In this document: positions 1 through 10,556 of the stretch, piece by piece
Layout of the letters: each line of letters begins with the position of its first letter
Numbering within the stretch: position 1 is the first letter of the stretch
DNA from: Picochlorum sp. SENEW3
Lineage: Eukaryota
Direction of reading: 5' to 3'
Assembly (NCBI GenBank): GCA_034226945.1
Contig: CP120460.1
Location: forward strand, 558,001-622,000
Length of the DNA: 64,000 nucleotides
The notes under the pieces: generated by a model
Told to the model about the DNA's origin: nothing
Seen by the model: only the letters and a program-made list of their open reading frames with translations
Database searches by the model: none
Made by a program: the position numbers and the translations under genes

Positions 1-912
1 CCAGTGCGATTGGATGGGTCAGAGGGATTGTTGTGTGGATCTGCTGGGATGATGACGTTGGTTGTGCATCATATTGCGTCTGATGGAGCATCGAGTATAC
101 CTGACAGTGTTGTATCTGGCGTGCTTGGTCCTCTGCAGCAGGGGCGGCAGGTGGATGGCGTGCGTGTGGGTGTCAAGGATGTGGTGGCCAAGTATATATA
201 TTATGATGGGGATGTATCGCCGCTTCTTGAGTGTACAGGGCAGAAGGGTGTGTGTCATTTGAATATGGAGCAGGCGTATGCGATGGGGTGGCCATTGTTC
301 CAAGGGGCATCTGAATATCCAGAGACCAAGAGGGTGTCTGGGATGTTGAGGAATCTCATCTTGGTTGATGTGTCTCAGATGTTGGATGAGAAGGAATCGA
401 CGTTGGGGTATCCTCGGGTGGGCGTCTTATCTGATACAGTGGCACTCGCGCTCACGCATGATGACGCTTTGAACGAGATGGGTGACAGTAGCAGTCTTGT
501 GGATGAAGTGGATGCGTGGTTGTACGGAGACGTATTCATGGATAGTTCTCATCTCATACAAGATATTGCAAAGGCGTGTCAGAAGAAGGCTGCTGTGGAG
601 CTGTCTCGGTCGTTGCATGTGTTTCATACTGCACGGCATGTTCGAATAGGACAGGGCATCCTCCATGATATAGATACAGCCTTGAACGCAGCAGACATGG
701 CTAATAATGATACAGGTAAAAATAGTACTGTTTTATTGCGAGATTCTTTTAAAGCGGAGCGTCTGGCATACACGGTATTACATCATCCAGACTATGGTGT
801 GGAACCTCGCATGCCAGATATGCATGTGATTGCCCTGATCCTTCCGTTTGCACTGCCTCTGACTCTTACATTTTCACAACGTATCAAATTCCTTGTAAAA
901 GAGACATCATAA
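1..912 (+). CDS. 3' part of a probable GPI transamidase subunit PIG-S-like protein (5' end outside window)
   Basis: Open frame from the window edge to TAA at 910-912. The C-terminus 'AYTVLHHPDYGVEPRMPDMHVIALILPFALPL...KFLVKETS' resembles the PIG-S end (DPxxxxxxYFPDEHxYAIYxPLFLP, TM, basic tail). Recognised by eye. Confidence 0.5.
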   Translation, partial: PVRLDGSEGLLCGSAGMMTLVVHHIASDGASSIPDSVVSGVLGPLQQGRQVDGVRVGVKDVVAKYIYYDGDVSPLLECTGQKGVCHLNMEQAYAMGWPLFQGASEYPETKRVSGMLRNLILVDVSQMLDEKESTLGYPRVGVLSDTVALALTHDDALNEMGDSSSLVDEVDAWLYGDVFMDSSHLIQDIAKACQKKAAVELSRSLHVFHTARHVRIGQGILHDIDTALNAADMANNDTGKNSTVLLRDSFKAERLAYTVLHHPDYGVEPRMPDMHVIALILPFALPLTLTFSQRIKFLVKETS

Positions 913-914
913 AT

Positions 915-1847
915 TTATGCATCATCTAATTCTTTATCGACCTGAGCCGCGGTATCAGCCCCCATATCTGCCGAGACACTTGGGGCTGCGTCATGCTGTT
1001 GCTGCTTCTTCATCTTGCGTTGCTCTTTGAAATTCGCTTCCAATACTTGCTCATTTTCCTTCAACATTTCTTCCAGTGCACCCATATCGACAGCCTCAAC
1101 CACACTCTTCATCTTATCCATACACTTCTGAAGCTTTTTATTCACGTCTGCATACACAGCCATTTGCCCTGCAAACTCGTACAAGACTTTTGGCAACAAA
1201 TAGCTGATACGAAGTGTCACCGCAGTCCCTGCATCGTCATCCTCTGAATGAAACAAGACTGCAGCGACAAGAGGAAATCCTTCCACTGGCTCCTCGACTA
1301 TGTATTTGTTCTCCTCCTCCTCGGTTCGATCCAATGTCACATACAATTCTAAAAACGGTGTTGTTGCCCACCGGTACCACATGTACATGGACATGTAGGA
1401 AGGCTCCTCCTCATGAAACCCAACCTCATCAATCATATCAAACCACTGCATCCAGTTCAATCTCGAGTCCCAGACTTTATAACAGTCAGATATCGGCCTA
1501 TCCACATGAACAGTCACCTCATGCTTCATGGCAATGTCAGTAAACTCGATAAACTCAAACGGGGTATACCCTCCGTCCTGAGAAGGATATTCATCTTCTT
1601 CTCCACTACTACTATTGATACTACTGCTCGCTAGATCCTCATCATCGCTCTTACTAAACTCCTGCTCCCGTTGAGCAGCATCGCCCGTCGCCCGGCATAA
1701 TGCGACCCCACGACTACTCAGCCTATTTGTTGTCATATGTAATTGTTGCTGTTGTATTCTTAATGCCCGTGGGTATGGTCGAGGTGCACCTTTGTTGCAT
1801 GCCGTCGTGGGGGACCCTACCACCACGTGCCGAGCATTCGCATGCAT
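915..1847 (-). CDS. SRPBCC/polyketide-cyclase-like (START superfamily) protein with probable plastid transit peptide
   Basis: Basic, Ala/Ser-rich N-terminus, then an acidic linker, then 'HEVTVHVDRPISDCYKVWD..LNWMQWF..I' and 'TAVTLRISY', typical of the cyclase/dehydrase fold. Confidence 0.65.
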   Translation of the reverse strand: MHANARHVVVGSPTTACNKGAPRPYPRALRIQQQQLHMTTNRLSSRGVALCRATGDAAQREQEFSKSDDEDLASSSINSSSGEEDEYPSQDGGYTPFEFIEFTDIAMKHEVTVHVDRPISDCYKVWDSRLNWMQWFDMIDEVGFHEEEPSYMSMYMWYRWATTPFLELYVTLDRTEEEENKYIVEEPVEGFPLVAAVLFHSEDDDAGTAVTLRISYLLPKVLYEFAGQMAVYADVNKKLQKCMDKMKSVVEAVDMGALEEMLKENEQVLEANFKEQRKMKKQQQHDAAPSVSADMGADTAAQVDKELDDA

Positions 1848-1996
1848 TGTGGAGTAGTGTATCGACGGTTATTTTGGTGTACTGATTGAAATTATTGTAT
1901 GACCTGGGGCACCCACATCTACGTGTATTTGTATACAAACGCACGAGACTCCGGACTGACCCTTAATTAAAAGTAAAAAAATACATTCACCATGCC

Positions 1997-4258
1997 ATGC
2001 ATATATCACGGGTTGTCCAGTCTCAACAGATAGAGCATCGGAAATTACATAGAATAGCGGTGCGAATGGGGGCAAACCGAGGTGGTGGTTGGTATGGGTG
2101 GTTGAAGGATAGGGTGACGAGACCCACCCAGAATGATTCTGGTGCTCCAAAGAAGAAGGGTGGTGGGCGATTGGTTGCTAAAATCCCATCTCGGTTTCTT
2201 GTTGATATTGATGGAGCGCAAGGTACTCTTTCTTGTGAGTGTCAGGTGATTCATTTGACAATTGCCCATGTCCTCATAGGGTCTCAAGCCCTGTTGCGCA
2301 AATCGAAGAATAAAGTATTCTGTACCATGTCTATTGGGAAGCAAACATTTGTGAGTAAGAATAAGGATGCTGGGAATAGAGGTAAGGGTGATGGTGAATC
2401 CATAGATGTAGAGTTTGATACTGGAGCCATGTTTGTGTTAAGCAAGGGAGGTGCAAGTGTGGTGCGAATTGCTCTCTTTCAGAGAGGTCGCATGGAAGGG
2501 GCATTTCATAATAGATTACTTGGATATGCTGAGACTGATGTGCGGCCGTTGGTGGAGTTGTGTAATAGTGCTCGGTCAGAGACGGATCAGGAGTCGGCAT
2601 TGTTTGAAAACACGTTGGATATCCTGTCTCCATCTGGGCAGGAGCAGGTGGGAGAGGTGGTGTTGCAGGCGAAGAGTGCGACTATTCAACATCTAGAAGA
2701 ACAAGTGTGGGAGCGGTTGCTTCTTCTGGGAGACTGGAATGAGAATAATAGATTGGATTATGAGGAATTCAGAACTGTGATGCAGACATTTGAGCAATCC
2801 TCAGAGGTGGATGAAGCTAGTTTACAGATTGTTTTTGAAAGGGCTCGATCCATATCTGGTGATCCTGAAAATCCTTCAGTGGATATGAAGAGCATAGCAA
2901 AGAGTATGGCGTATCAAGGAGACGGGAGTTCTCTCTCAAGATACGTGAAATCTTGTCCTATTGATGGAGCACAGTTGTCTTCTGATCCAAGCATGGGGGC
3001 ATCGAATGTGTTGTATGTGTGGCTCGCGCTCTCAGAAGGCTTTTCAATGGAAAGCATGAAGGCTGGATATGTAACTGATTTGGAAGCGTCGAGGGCTTGG
3101 GTCATGAAGCTATCGGAATGGGCATCGCATCCTGTTCGCACTGTTCGAGGAGCCAGGGGTGCAAGCAAACGATTGGGAGGGTTGAGGTCTGGTGCCCTGG
3201 CGCAGCATATTTTGGTGTTTGATCGATCTAAAAAGATGATTATAGAGGAAATTGTGAGTCCTGTGATCTTGATGGCCATGCGAACGTTGTATCAATCCAA
3301 AGTGGGGAGATCGTTTCTGGAAAATCCAAATTTTCTAAAGAAATTAACATCTCTGTCCCTATCTGAGGGTGCATATCGAGACTCGGAGGATTCCAAGAAA
3401 GAGATTGAAAAGTTTGTCAATTCGTTTCAGGGACAGTTAGATGTGTCATCTGCGGAAAAACCAATGCACGAGTACAGGACGTTTAATGAGTTTTTCTACA
3501 GACGATTAAAACCGGGATCCCGTCCAATCTTCCCAGGAGAGGACATTGTCACGTCTGCCGCCGACTGTCGCCTTCATGTTTTTGATTCCATAGATGCAGC
3601 GACTCGATTTTGGATTAAAGGCAGAAACTTCAGCGTGGCTGGATTGGTAGGAGACAAAGATGTAGCAGGTTTGTTTTTGAATGGATCCATGGCCATATTC
3701 CGCCTTGCGCCACAGGATTACCATCGTTTCCATAGCCCCGTCTCTGGGCGTATCGTATCCATCAGCAACATCCCAGGTCATTTACTTACGGTGAACCCGA
3801 TAGCAATCAACTCAAATTATGCGGATGTGTTCACGATAAACAAGAGATCACTCATGATTCTGGACACGGATACCTTTGGGCGTGTTGCCTTTGTTGCTAT
3901 TGGCGCCACATTGGTGGGGTCCATTATCTGGTCGGTGAAAGAGGATCAACAGATAAACAAGGGAGATGAGCTTGGGTACTTTGCCTTTGGTGGATCCACG
4001 TGCATTGCACTCTTCCAGCCAGGGCAAGTCATGTGGGACACTGATCTCCTGGCAAACAGCAGCAGGTCTCTTGAGACACTTGTTAAGGTAGGAGACCACA
4101 TTGGACGAAAGGAAGGAGCTCACATTCCAACTGTCGAGAGCGAAAGCATGCTGCAAGCAGCAAACAAGGCCGCAGACGATGCCGGTATCCTTCCACTGGA
4201 GGACAGGCCAGGCCACACAGACGCATCTCTAGTGTCCCCATTAGAAGCATTGTATTGA
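1997..4258 (+). CDS. PSD2: Type II phosphatidylserine decarboxylase (C2 domain + EF-hand-like + PSD catalytic domain); start may be Met at 2066
   Basis: Motifs 'TFNEFFYRRLKPGSRP', 'FRLAPQDYHRFHSPV', 'AIGATLVGSI' and the autocleavage motif 'FAFGGST'. EF-hand-like 'DWNENNRLDYEEF'. Confidence 0.92.
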   Translation: MHISRVVQSQQIEHRKLHRIAVRMGANRGGGWYGWLKDRVTRPTQNDSGAPKKKGGGRLVAKIPSRFLVDIDGAQGTLSCECQVIHLTIAHVLIGSQALLRKSKNKVFCTMSIGKQTFVSKNKDAGNRGKGDGESIDVEFDTGAMFVLSKGGASVVRIALFQRGRMEGAFHNRLLGYAETDVRPLVELCNSARSETDQESALFENTLDILSPSGQEQVGEVVLQAKSATIQHLEEQVWERLLLLGDWNENNRLDYEEFRTVMQTFEQSSEVDEASLQIVFERARSISGDPENPSVDMKSIAKSMAYQGDGSSLSRYVKSCPIDGAQLSSDPSMGASNVLYVWLALSEGFSMESMKAGYVTDLEASRAWVMKLSEWASHPVRTVRGARGASKRLGGLRSGALAQHILVFDRSKKMIIEEIVSPVILMAMRTLYQSKVGRSFLENPNFLKKLTSLSLSEGAYRDSEDSKKEIEKFVNSFQGQLDVSSAEKPMHEYRTFNEFFYRRLKPGSRPIFPGEDIVTSAADCRLHVFDSIDAATRFWIKGRNFSVAGLVGDKDVAGLFLNGSMAIFRLAPQDYHRFHSPVSGRIVSISNIPGHLLTVNPIAINSNYADVFTINKRSLMILDTDTFGRVAFVAIGATLVGSIIWSVKEDQQINKGDELGYFAFGGSTCIALFQPGQVMWDTDLLANSSRSLETLVKVGDHIGRKEGAHIPTVESESMLQAANKAADDAGILPLEDRPGHTDASLVSPLEALY

Positions 4259-4691
4259 AAAGTACTTGACACCATATTGCATTTTACTTTGCTAATTATG
4301 AAATAGCAATCAAAGCATATTTGAGAATGAGATCATCAGTCACGATGATTGTTCTCCATCCGACAGTACGCAGGGAGCCAACAAGTCAGCCTTGTCCTTG
4401 ACTCCAAGACAACGTCTCGCCAATCTATGCATTGATGTCTCGACAGCACGAGAGTGTCAAGGTCGTTGACTTTATCGAGCCAATTTTAACATGACGTGGG
4501 CCAATGGGTTGCTGCAGCTTCACCTTATCTCACCCCGTTAAAGACAGTTAGCGACCGCGGTCACAAATCCGCTCAAATTTCCATCAAGGAAATTCACTGC
4601 TCTTGATCTCCGAATCTGCGACTCAGCAGAGCAGAGTGTGTTGTAAATCTATAATTAGTGCCACTTACTGTTTTAATCTATCATCTAAAGA

Positions 4692-7600
4692 ATGATCAGG
4701 ACGTCACCTTTTGTTGTCTTGACGATCCTTCTCGGACTATGCTCAAGTTGCCTCGCGCAAAGGGACGCTGGTACGTGACTGATTCCCTTCCACGAAAGCA
4801 GAAAAGAAGCGATATTACACCATCATTCTTTTATATACGCGATTCAACCACTGATATCGCTAGCACATGCTTGTGCCACGTTCCCGCCAACCGTTGTTAC
4901 GACTCTTCCAGGCTGGTGTATTGCGTTCAATCCACCCTTCTGTCTGCACAAACCAACAATTGCATCTCCCAATTAATTAATCAGTATGTATGAATTTGCA
5001 GATGACGCAGGAGATCGTTTGCTCCTCAGTGTCAGAAGGCCCGCGATTGTGAACTCGACCTTTGAGAGCCTCAGTGTCGGTGCGTTTCCTTAACCAAGAT
5101 CTGAAGGGTGTGACTAATTCATGCGTGGGATAGCATGAAGCTTCATGGAAGCAGTTGATCGTATACATGTTTGCAAAACATTTGATGGAATTTATAATAT
5201 ACATGTAGGTTTTTATACCGGTCCAAACTTGCTCCCAGTTGACTACGAGGTCAAGTGTGTGGCCCCAGGATCAGACTGCCAGGCCGAGAGCTTGGTGGAG
5301 CCCGTGGGTGGCAGGTTGCCGAGCAAGGTGGCGTATATCACCGCAACCCTGTTTCCATTGGAGTCTAATACAACATATTGGTGCTATGCTTTGTCGTCAA
5401 GTGATAAAGTAACAAAATGCCAGGGGCCCTTGGTGGGAACAACTGCTCTTCCAGAGGGTGCTCTGGTGTCGTACACGTTGCAGTATCAGCAGATGTCGTC
5501 ATTTTTCGACCTCGAAAAGAGAGAACAAGTTTGTATCAATCTGCTTGAACTCGCTCCGAATGGGACATGTGCAATTCAGGATGTGCTTGATGGAGCAACA
5601 AGAGCTGTCAATACATCTCTGGTGTTTGGAATAGTGGATTACAATGAATATTCCGAGGGACTGTTGCTATTCGATCAATTATCAGACCCTACAAATGATA
5701 CTCTTGATGTATTGGCCAATGGGATTGTCAATGGATCGTCCAGAGTAGACGTGGTAGATGTGTCTATCGACTATGTGCCAAAATTTGACAGTCCTGGTGC
5801 GCCTGGGTTTGTGCGGGCGCCAACAGTTGGTGTGATGAATGCAACAGTAACATGGCTGGATGGGCGTGTGGGCATCCCTGTAGAAGATTACGCTGTAAAC
5901 TGTGTGGTTTCTTCTGCATCTGCTCTCTGCACTGATGCTGGGGTAAATGTGACTGGGCTTCCGCGAAGAAGCGAAAGTGCTTTTGTGACTGGGCTTGCGC
6001 CGAATACTACCTATGAATGCTGGGCTGTTGCATCTAATATTGCTGGCTCGGTTTGCTCCAAGGAGCCTGTCGCTTTTAGGACGTTGATTGAGCCTGGTCC
6101 ACCAACAAACCTGCAAGAGAACGCAGTCAGCAACACCAGCGTCACGATTGGATGGATGGATGGTCTTGAAGGTAACCCTATTGAGACATATGACGTCAAT
6201 TGTGTGAATGGAACAAGTACAAGCTGCTTGTCTGCGGGGGTATCGTCCTTGGATATTCCTCGAGGATCTGAACAGGGACGTGTCTCCAGCATGATACCAA
6301 ACACTACATATGAATGCTGGATAATTGCCAAAAATGAGGTGGGAAATGCGTGCAGCTCCTCTCCAGTAGAAATAAAGACATGGATTGAGGCTGGGCAGCC
6401 AACTAGCCTGACTGAACAAGCCATCACGAATTCAACTGTCACTATTGGATGGGTGGATGGTGATGGAGGAAATCCTGAGGAGAGATACAGTGTCAACTGC
6501 GTTACTGGCTCGAGCCCATGCACGTCATCTGGAACCTCTGTTTCAAATGTCACGAGGGGCGTTCAGTCTGCCACAGTGACGGGTTTAGCATTTAACTCAT
6601 CGTACATGTGCTATGTTCTGGCTATCAATGCTGTGGATACTATCTGCTCCTCTCCTTTGTCAATCACCACAACAATCAAGCCAGGCCCTCCGACAAATGT
6701 TCAGAATCCTGAAATTTCGACATCTTGGGCAGCTGTCACCTGGGATGATGGTGCTCTGGGAAATCCCCAAGAGAACTACACTGTCAACTGCCTCGATTCA
6801 TCAGGATCAACCAAGTGCACAGATTCTGGAATACAGGTCACCGATATATCTCGCGGAACAGAATTTGCCAATGTCACAGGACTTGATCCTAATACAACAT
6901 ACAGCTGCTGGGTAATCGCTGAAAATATCGTCGGAAATGTATGCAGTCCATTGCCTGTGACGAACAGAACATGGATTCAGGCTGGTGAACCGACATCTTT
7001 TGTTCAGGGGCAGATAGGTTCCACAAGTGTGGAGTTCTCGTGGGTGGATGGATTGGAAGGATATCCAAGCGAGACCTATTCAATTACATGTACCACAAAT
7101 ACCGCTGCAACAGATTGCACAAATCCTGGGGGCACAGTTGTTGAAGAGTCAGGGATAGATGCAGGCGTCGAAAATGGTGTGGTGACTGGCCTGTCGGCTG
7201 GTACTAGTTACAAATGCTGGGCCAAGGCTGTAAATGGTGCCGGAGAGGTGTGCTCAGATAGTATAACGTTGTCGACTACGTCCCAGTTGAATACGAAGGC
7301 TGTGATTGCATCTAATCAAAGTGTGTCCATCACCCCAGACACTTTTGCTCCTCCCAGTGGTGGATCAAATGTGACATATCGGGTTCAATGCCTAAACTCA
7401 TCAGCCACAGTATGTGACCCTCAGGCAACGGGAACGGGTGCCCTTCAGCCTGCTACTCCGTTGACAGATCCTGCAGCCATCAATGTGGCCGGGTTGACAA
7501 ATGATGTCTCTTACCAGTGCTTCTCCGTTATGAGCTACGCGGACACATCAAGTACTTTGAAGTATGCATGTGGCGGTCCAATCGAGGTCAAGCCATTTGC

Positions 7601-9536
7601 AAAGCCAGTTGTTGACAAAGTAATAGCTGGAGATCAAAAACTGACCATCAGCCCGATAGCGTATACGGCACCATCTGGAGGGTCTGACGTCAAGTACCAG
7701 GTGCAATGCTTGAATTCAACTGCTACCACGTGTGATCCGCTGGCAACTGGCATTGGAGCACTACAGCCTACAAGTGCACAGTCCTTTGTTTCCGGCATTC
7801 CCGTATCGGATTTGACAAATGATATACCATACACTTGCTTTGTGGTGGTGACATATACATTGAATTCGGAGACAAAGTACACATGCTCTGGTGGGGCAGC
7901 TGCAGCACCAACAGCTTCTGTGCCAACATTGGTACCAGGTCAAGTGATTGCTGGAACAAAAAAGATAACAATCACACCAGATGTGTTCACTTCGCCAGCA
8001 GGAACATCAAATGTGACGTATCAGGTCCAGTGCTTCGAAGTCACAACGAATGCGTGCAACCTCAATAGTGCATTGTCTCCAAGCGTGCCTTTGACATCAC
8101 CTGCTCCAATCGTCTTGACCAACCTGAAGGATAGGAGCACGTATTCATGCTTCTCAGTGGTATCGTATGTTTTGAATTCATCCCTGATATATGGATGCTC
8201 TGATGTTTACAATGCAGTGCCAAATACAGAGCCACAGGTACTGACAGCATCAGATGTGTCACCAGCATCAGCAACATCTGCAGATATACAAGTCGCAACC
8301 TACACGTCGTTTGCTGCAGCAAGCAATATCCAATATCAGACGCAGTGCTTACCTTCATCAGCGACGGTATGCAACCCTACAGTGACTAGTGGAACAGGAG
8401 CTGTACAACCATCAACTGCCTCTTCCACCTCTGGAACATTTACAGTGCCGGGCTTGACGAATGGGACGACGTATCAATGCTTCAGCGTCATTTCATACAC
8501 GTATTCAATTGATTCTCAGCTGAAATACACATGTTCAGCACCGTACGAGTATACATTCACCGAGCCACTATGCACCTGGAAAAGTCAGACCAGCCCTGCT
8601 GACAACAATTGGAGTTCAGTAACGTGGGGAGGCCCCGCTGGTAGCGAGCTCTTTGTCGCAGTGGCTAGCACAGGCACAGGAAACAGGGTCATGACCAGCC
8701 CGGATGGCATCACATGGACCATTCAGACCAGCGCTGCTGACAACGTTTGGAGTTCAGTAACGTGGGGAGGTCCCACTGGCAGCGAACTGTTTGTGGCAGT
8801 GGCTAATTCTGGCACAGGCAACCGAGTCATGACCAGTCCAGATGGCATCAACTGGACCATCCAAACCAGCGCTGCTGACAACGTTTGGAATTCAGTAACG
8901 TGGGGTGGCCCCACTGGCAATGAGCTCTTTGTGGCAGTGGCTAGGACAGGCACAGGCAACCGAGTCATGACCAGTCCGGATGGCATCAACTGGACCATTC
9001 AAAACAGCGCTGCTGACAACAAATGGACATCAGTAACCTGGGGTGGCCCCAGTGGCAACGAGCTCTTTGTGGCAGTGGCTTTTTCAGGCGTGGGCAACAG
9101 AGTCATGACCAGTCCAGATGGCATCACCTGGACCATTCAAAACAGCCCTGCTGACAACAATTGGATATCGGTAACGTGGGGAGGTCCCACTGGTAACGAG
9201 CTCTTTGTGGCAGTGGCTCTTACGGGCATAGGAAACAGGGTCATGACCAGTCCAGATGGCATCAACTGGACCATTCAAAACAGCGCTGCTGACAATGGTT
9301 GGTATTCAGTAACATGGGGTGGGCCCACTGGCAGCGGGCTGTTTGTGGCAGTGGCTTACTCAGGTGTGGGAAATAGAGTCATGACCAGTCCAGATGGCAT
9401 CAACTGGAGCATCCAAAACAGCGCTGCTGACAATGGTTGGTTATCAGTAACGTGGGGAGGTCCCACTGGTAACGAGCTCTTTGTGGCAGTGGCTTTTTCA
9501 GGCATGGGCAACAGGGTCATGACGAATTCGTGCTAG
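4692..9536 (+). CDS. Large secreted Cys-rich fibronectin type III repeat protein with C-terminal 7-repeat Asp-box (BNR-like) beta-propeller; model join(4692..4770,5002..5079,5209..9536)
   Basis: Exon 1 encodes a signal peptide (MIRTSPFVVLTILLGLCSSCLA-QRDA). Two phase-1 GT-AG introns (4771-5001, 5080-5208) splice in frame into ORF 5145..9536. About five FN3-like units (PGPPTN..W..G..G.P.E.Y.V.C...V.GL..NT.Y.C...A.N..G..CS), about four units of a second FN3-like type, then seven 46-aa repeats. No C-terminal TM seen. Confidence 0.8.
8577..9533 (+). repeat. Seven tandem 138-bp coding repeats (46 aa, last copy truncated), consensus WTIQ[TN]SAADNxWxSVTWGGPTGNELFVAVAxxGxGNRVMTSPDGI[TN]
   Basis: Visible in DNA (recurring 'gtcatgaccagtcc.gatggcatca' and 'tttgtggcagtggct' at 138-nt period) and in protein. 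Contains the Asp-box S-x-D-G-x-x-W. Confidence 0.95.
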
Positions 9537-9815
9537 AGGCTCTCTCATGACGCACATACTTTTTCTGGATGTCTATTAATGCGCTGGAGCCATATGTTGA
9601 CAATTACTTTACTGTCTTTGTTGATTGACCTGTCTGTGTTCTCTTCAGGGATGAACACAAACACCTCACAGTCATGTAACTGGCTGCCATATCATTCTCT
9701 AACTCGCAAGTCAACTGTGCAATCATATGATACACCTTGCATCGTCATCAAGGTGTATTAGACAAACACCATCTTATCTAGAGAAACATTACAATGAAAA
9801 AATAGTGACACGATA

Positions 9816-10346
9816 TTACTCTTTACTAGTCATCACAACAACTCCTAAAATAGCAATCAAAGCATACTTGACAATAGGATAATCATTCATGATGATTGTC
9901 GCCCGCCCCACATAGGGCAGGAAACCAACTACTCTGCCCATCACATGGGTCTTGTTCAACCACGACATACCCCTGGGGTACAGAGACACATCATCTCCAT
10001 AGTTATTATCCCCCTTTGTCAGAATATCCGCATCAGTTGTATTATCTAACGAATGATGATGCACCTTGATAATCCTATGAACAATGGGAATATCCCTATG
10101 ATTTGTATTGTACACAACAATATCCCCAGTGTGCACTGCTCCTCTAGGTTGGTTCAGAAACAAAATATCACCCCGAGCAAATCCAGGCTCCATACTCCCA
10201 CTCAACACTACAACAATCGGAGATTCGCTCTTTGTAATAACAATCAATCCCTTCCAAATCATGAGAGCTGACGTTATGATCATGGCCAAACTGATGGCCT
10301 GCTGGACCATCTGCCTTTTGGGCTGATTCCGTATCTCTGAAAACAT
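9816..10346 (-). CDS. SEC11: Signal peptidase complex catalytic subunit SEC11
   Basis: 'SALMIWKGL', 'SESPIVVVLSGSMEPGF.RGDILFL', 'IPIVHR', 'LTKGDNN', 'GFLPYVG'. Confidence 0.96.
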   Translation of the reverse strand: MFSEIRNQPKRQMVQQAISLAMIITSALMIWKGLIVITKSESPIVVVLSGSMEPGFARGDILFLNQPRGAVHTGDIVVYNTNHRDIPIVHRIIKVHHHSLDNTTDADILTKGDNNYGDDVSLYPRGMSWLNKTHVMGRVVGFLPYVGRATIIMNDYPIVKYALIAILGVVVMTSKE

Positions 10347-10556
10347 GACTGTACTACTATTATGTGCTTTACTAAATGTTTTTTATTTTCCAGTGGCCAT
10401 GGATGACGAGGAAACTACAAGAAGAGATGTTGGGCCAAATTTTCTAAATATTCAACTACGGAGAATCTCATGCGATCAGAAATACAGCCAGATCGGTGCA
10501 TGGCATGCACAACTGTTTTATTCAAATTTACCCATGCTATATAGAGTAGGGAAGTT

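Noticed and set aside
8577..9533. CRISPR array or diversity-generating retroelement interpretation of the 138-bp repeats
   Set aside because: The repeats are contiguous in-frame coding units without unique spacers. No cas or reverse transcriptase gene and no separate template repeat is visible in the window.
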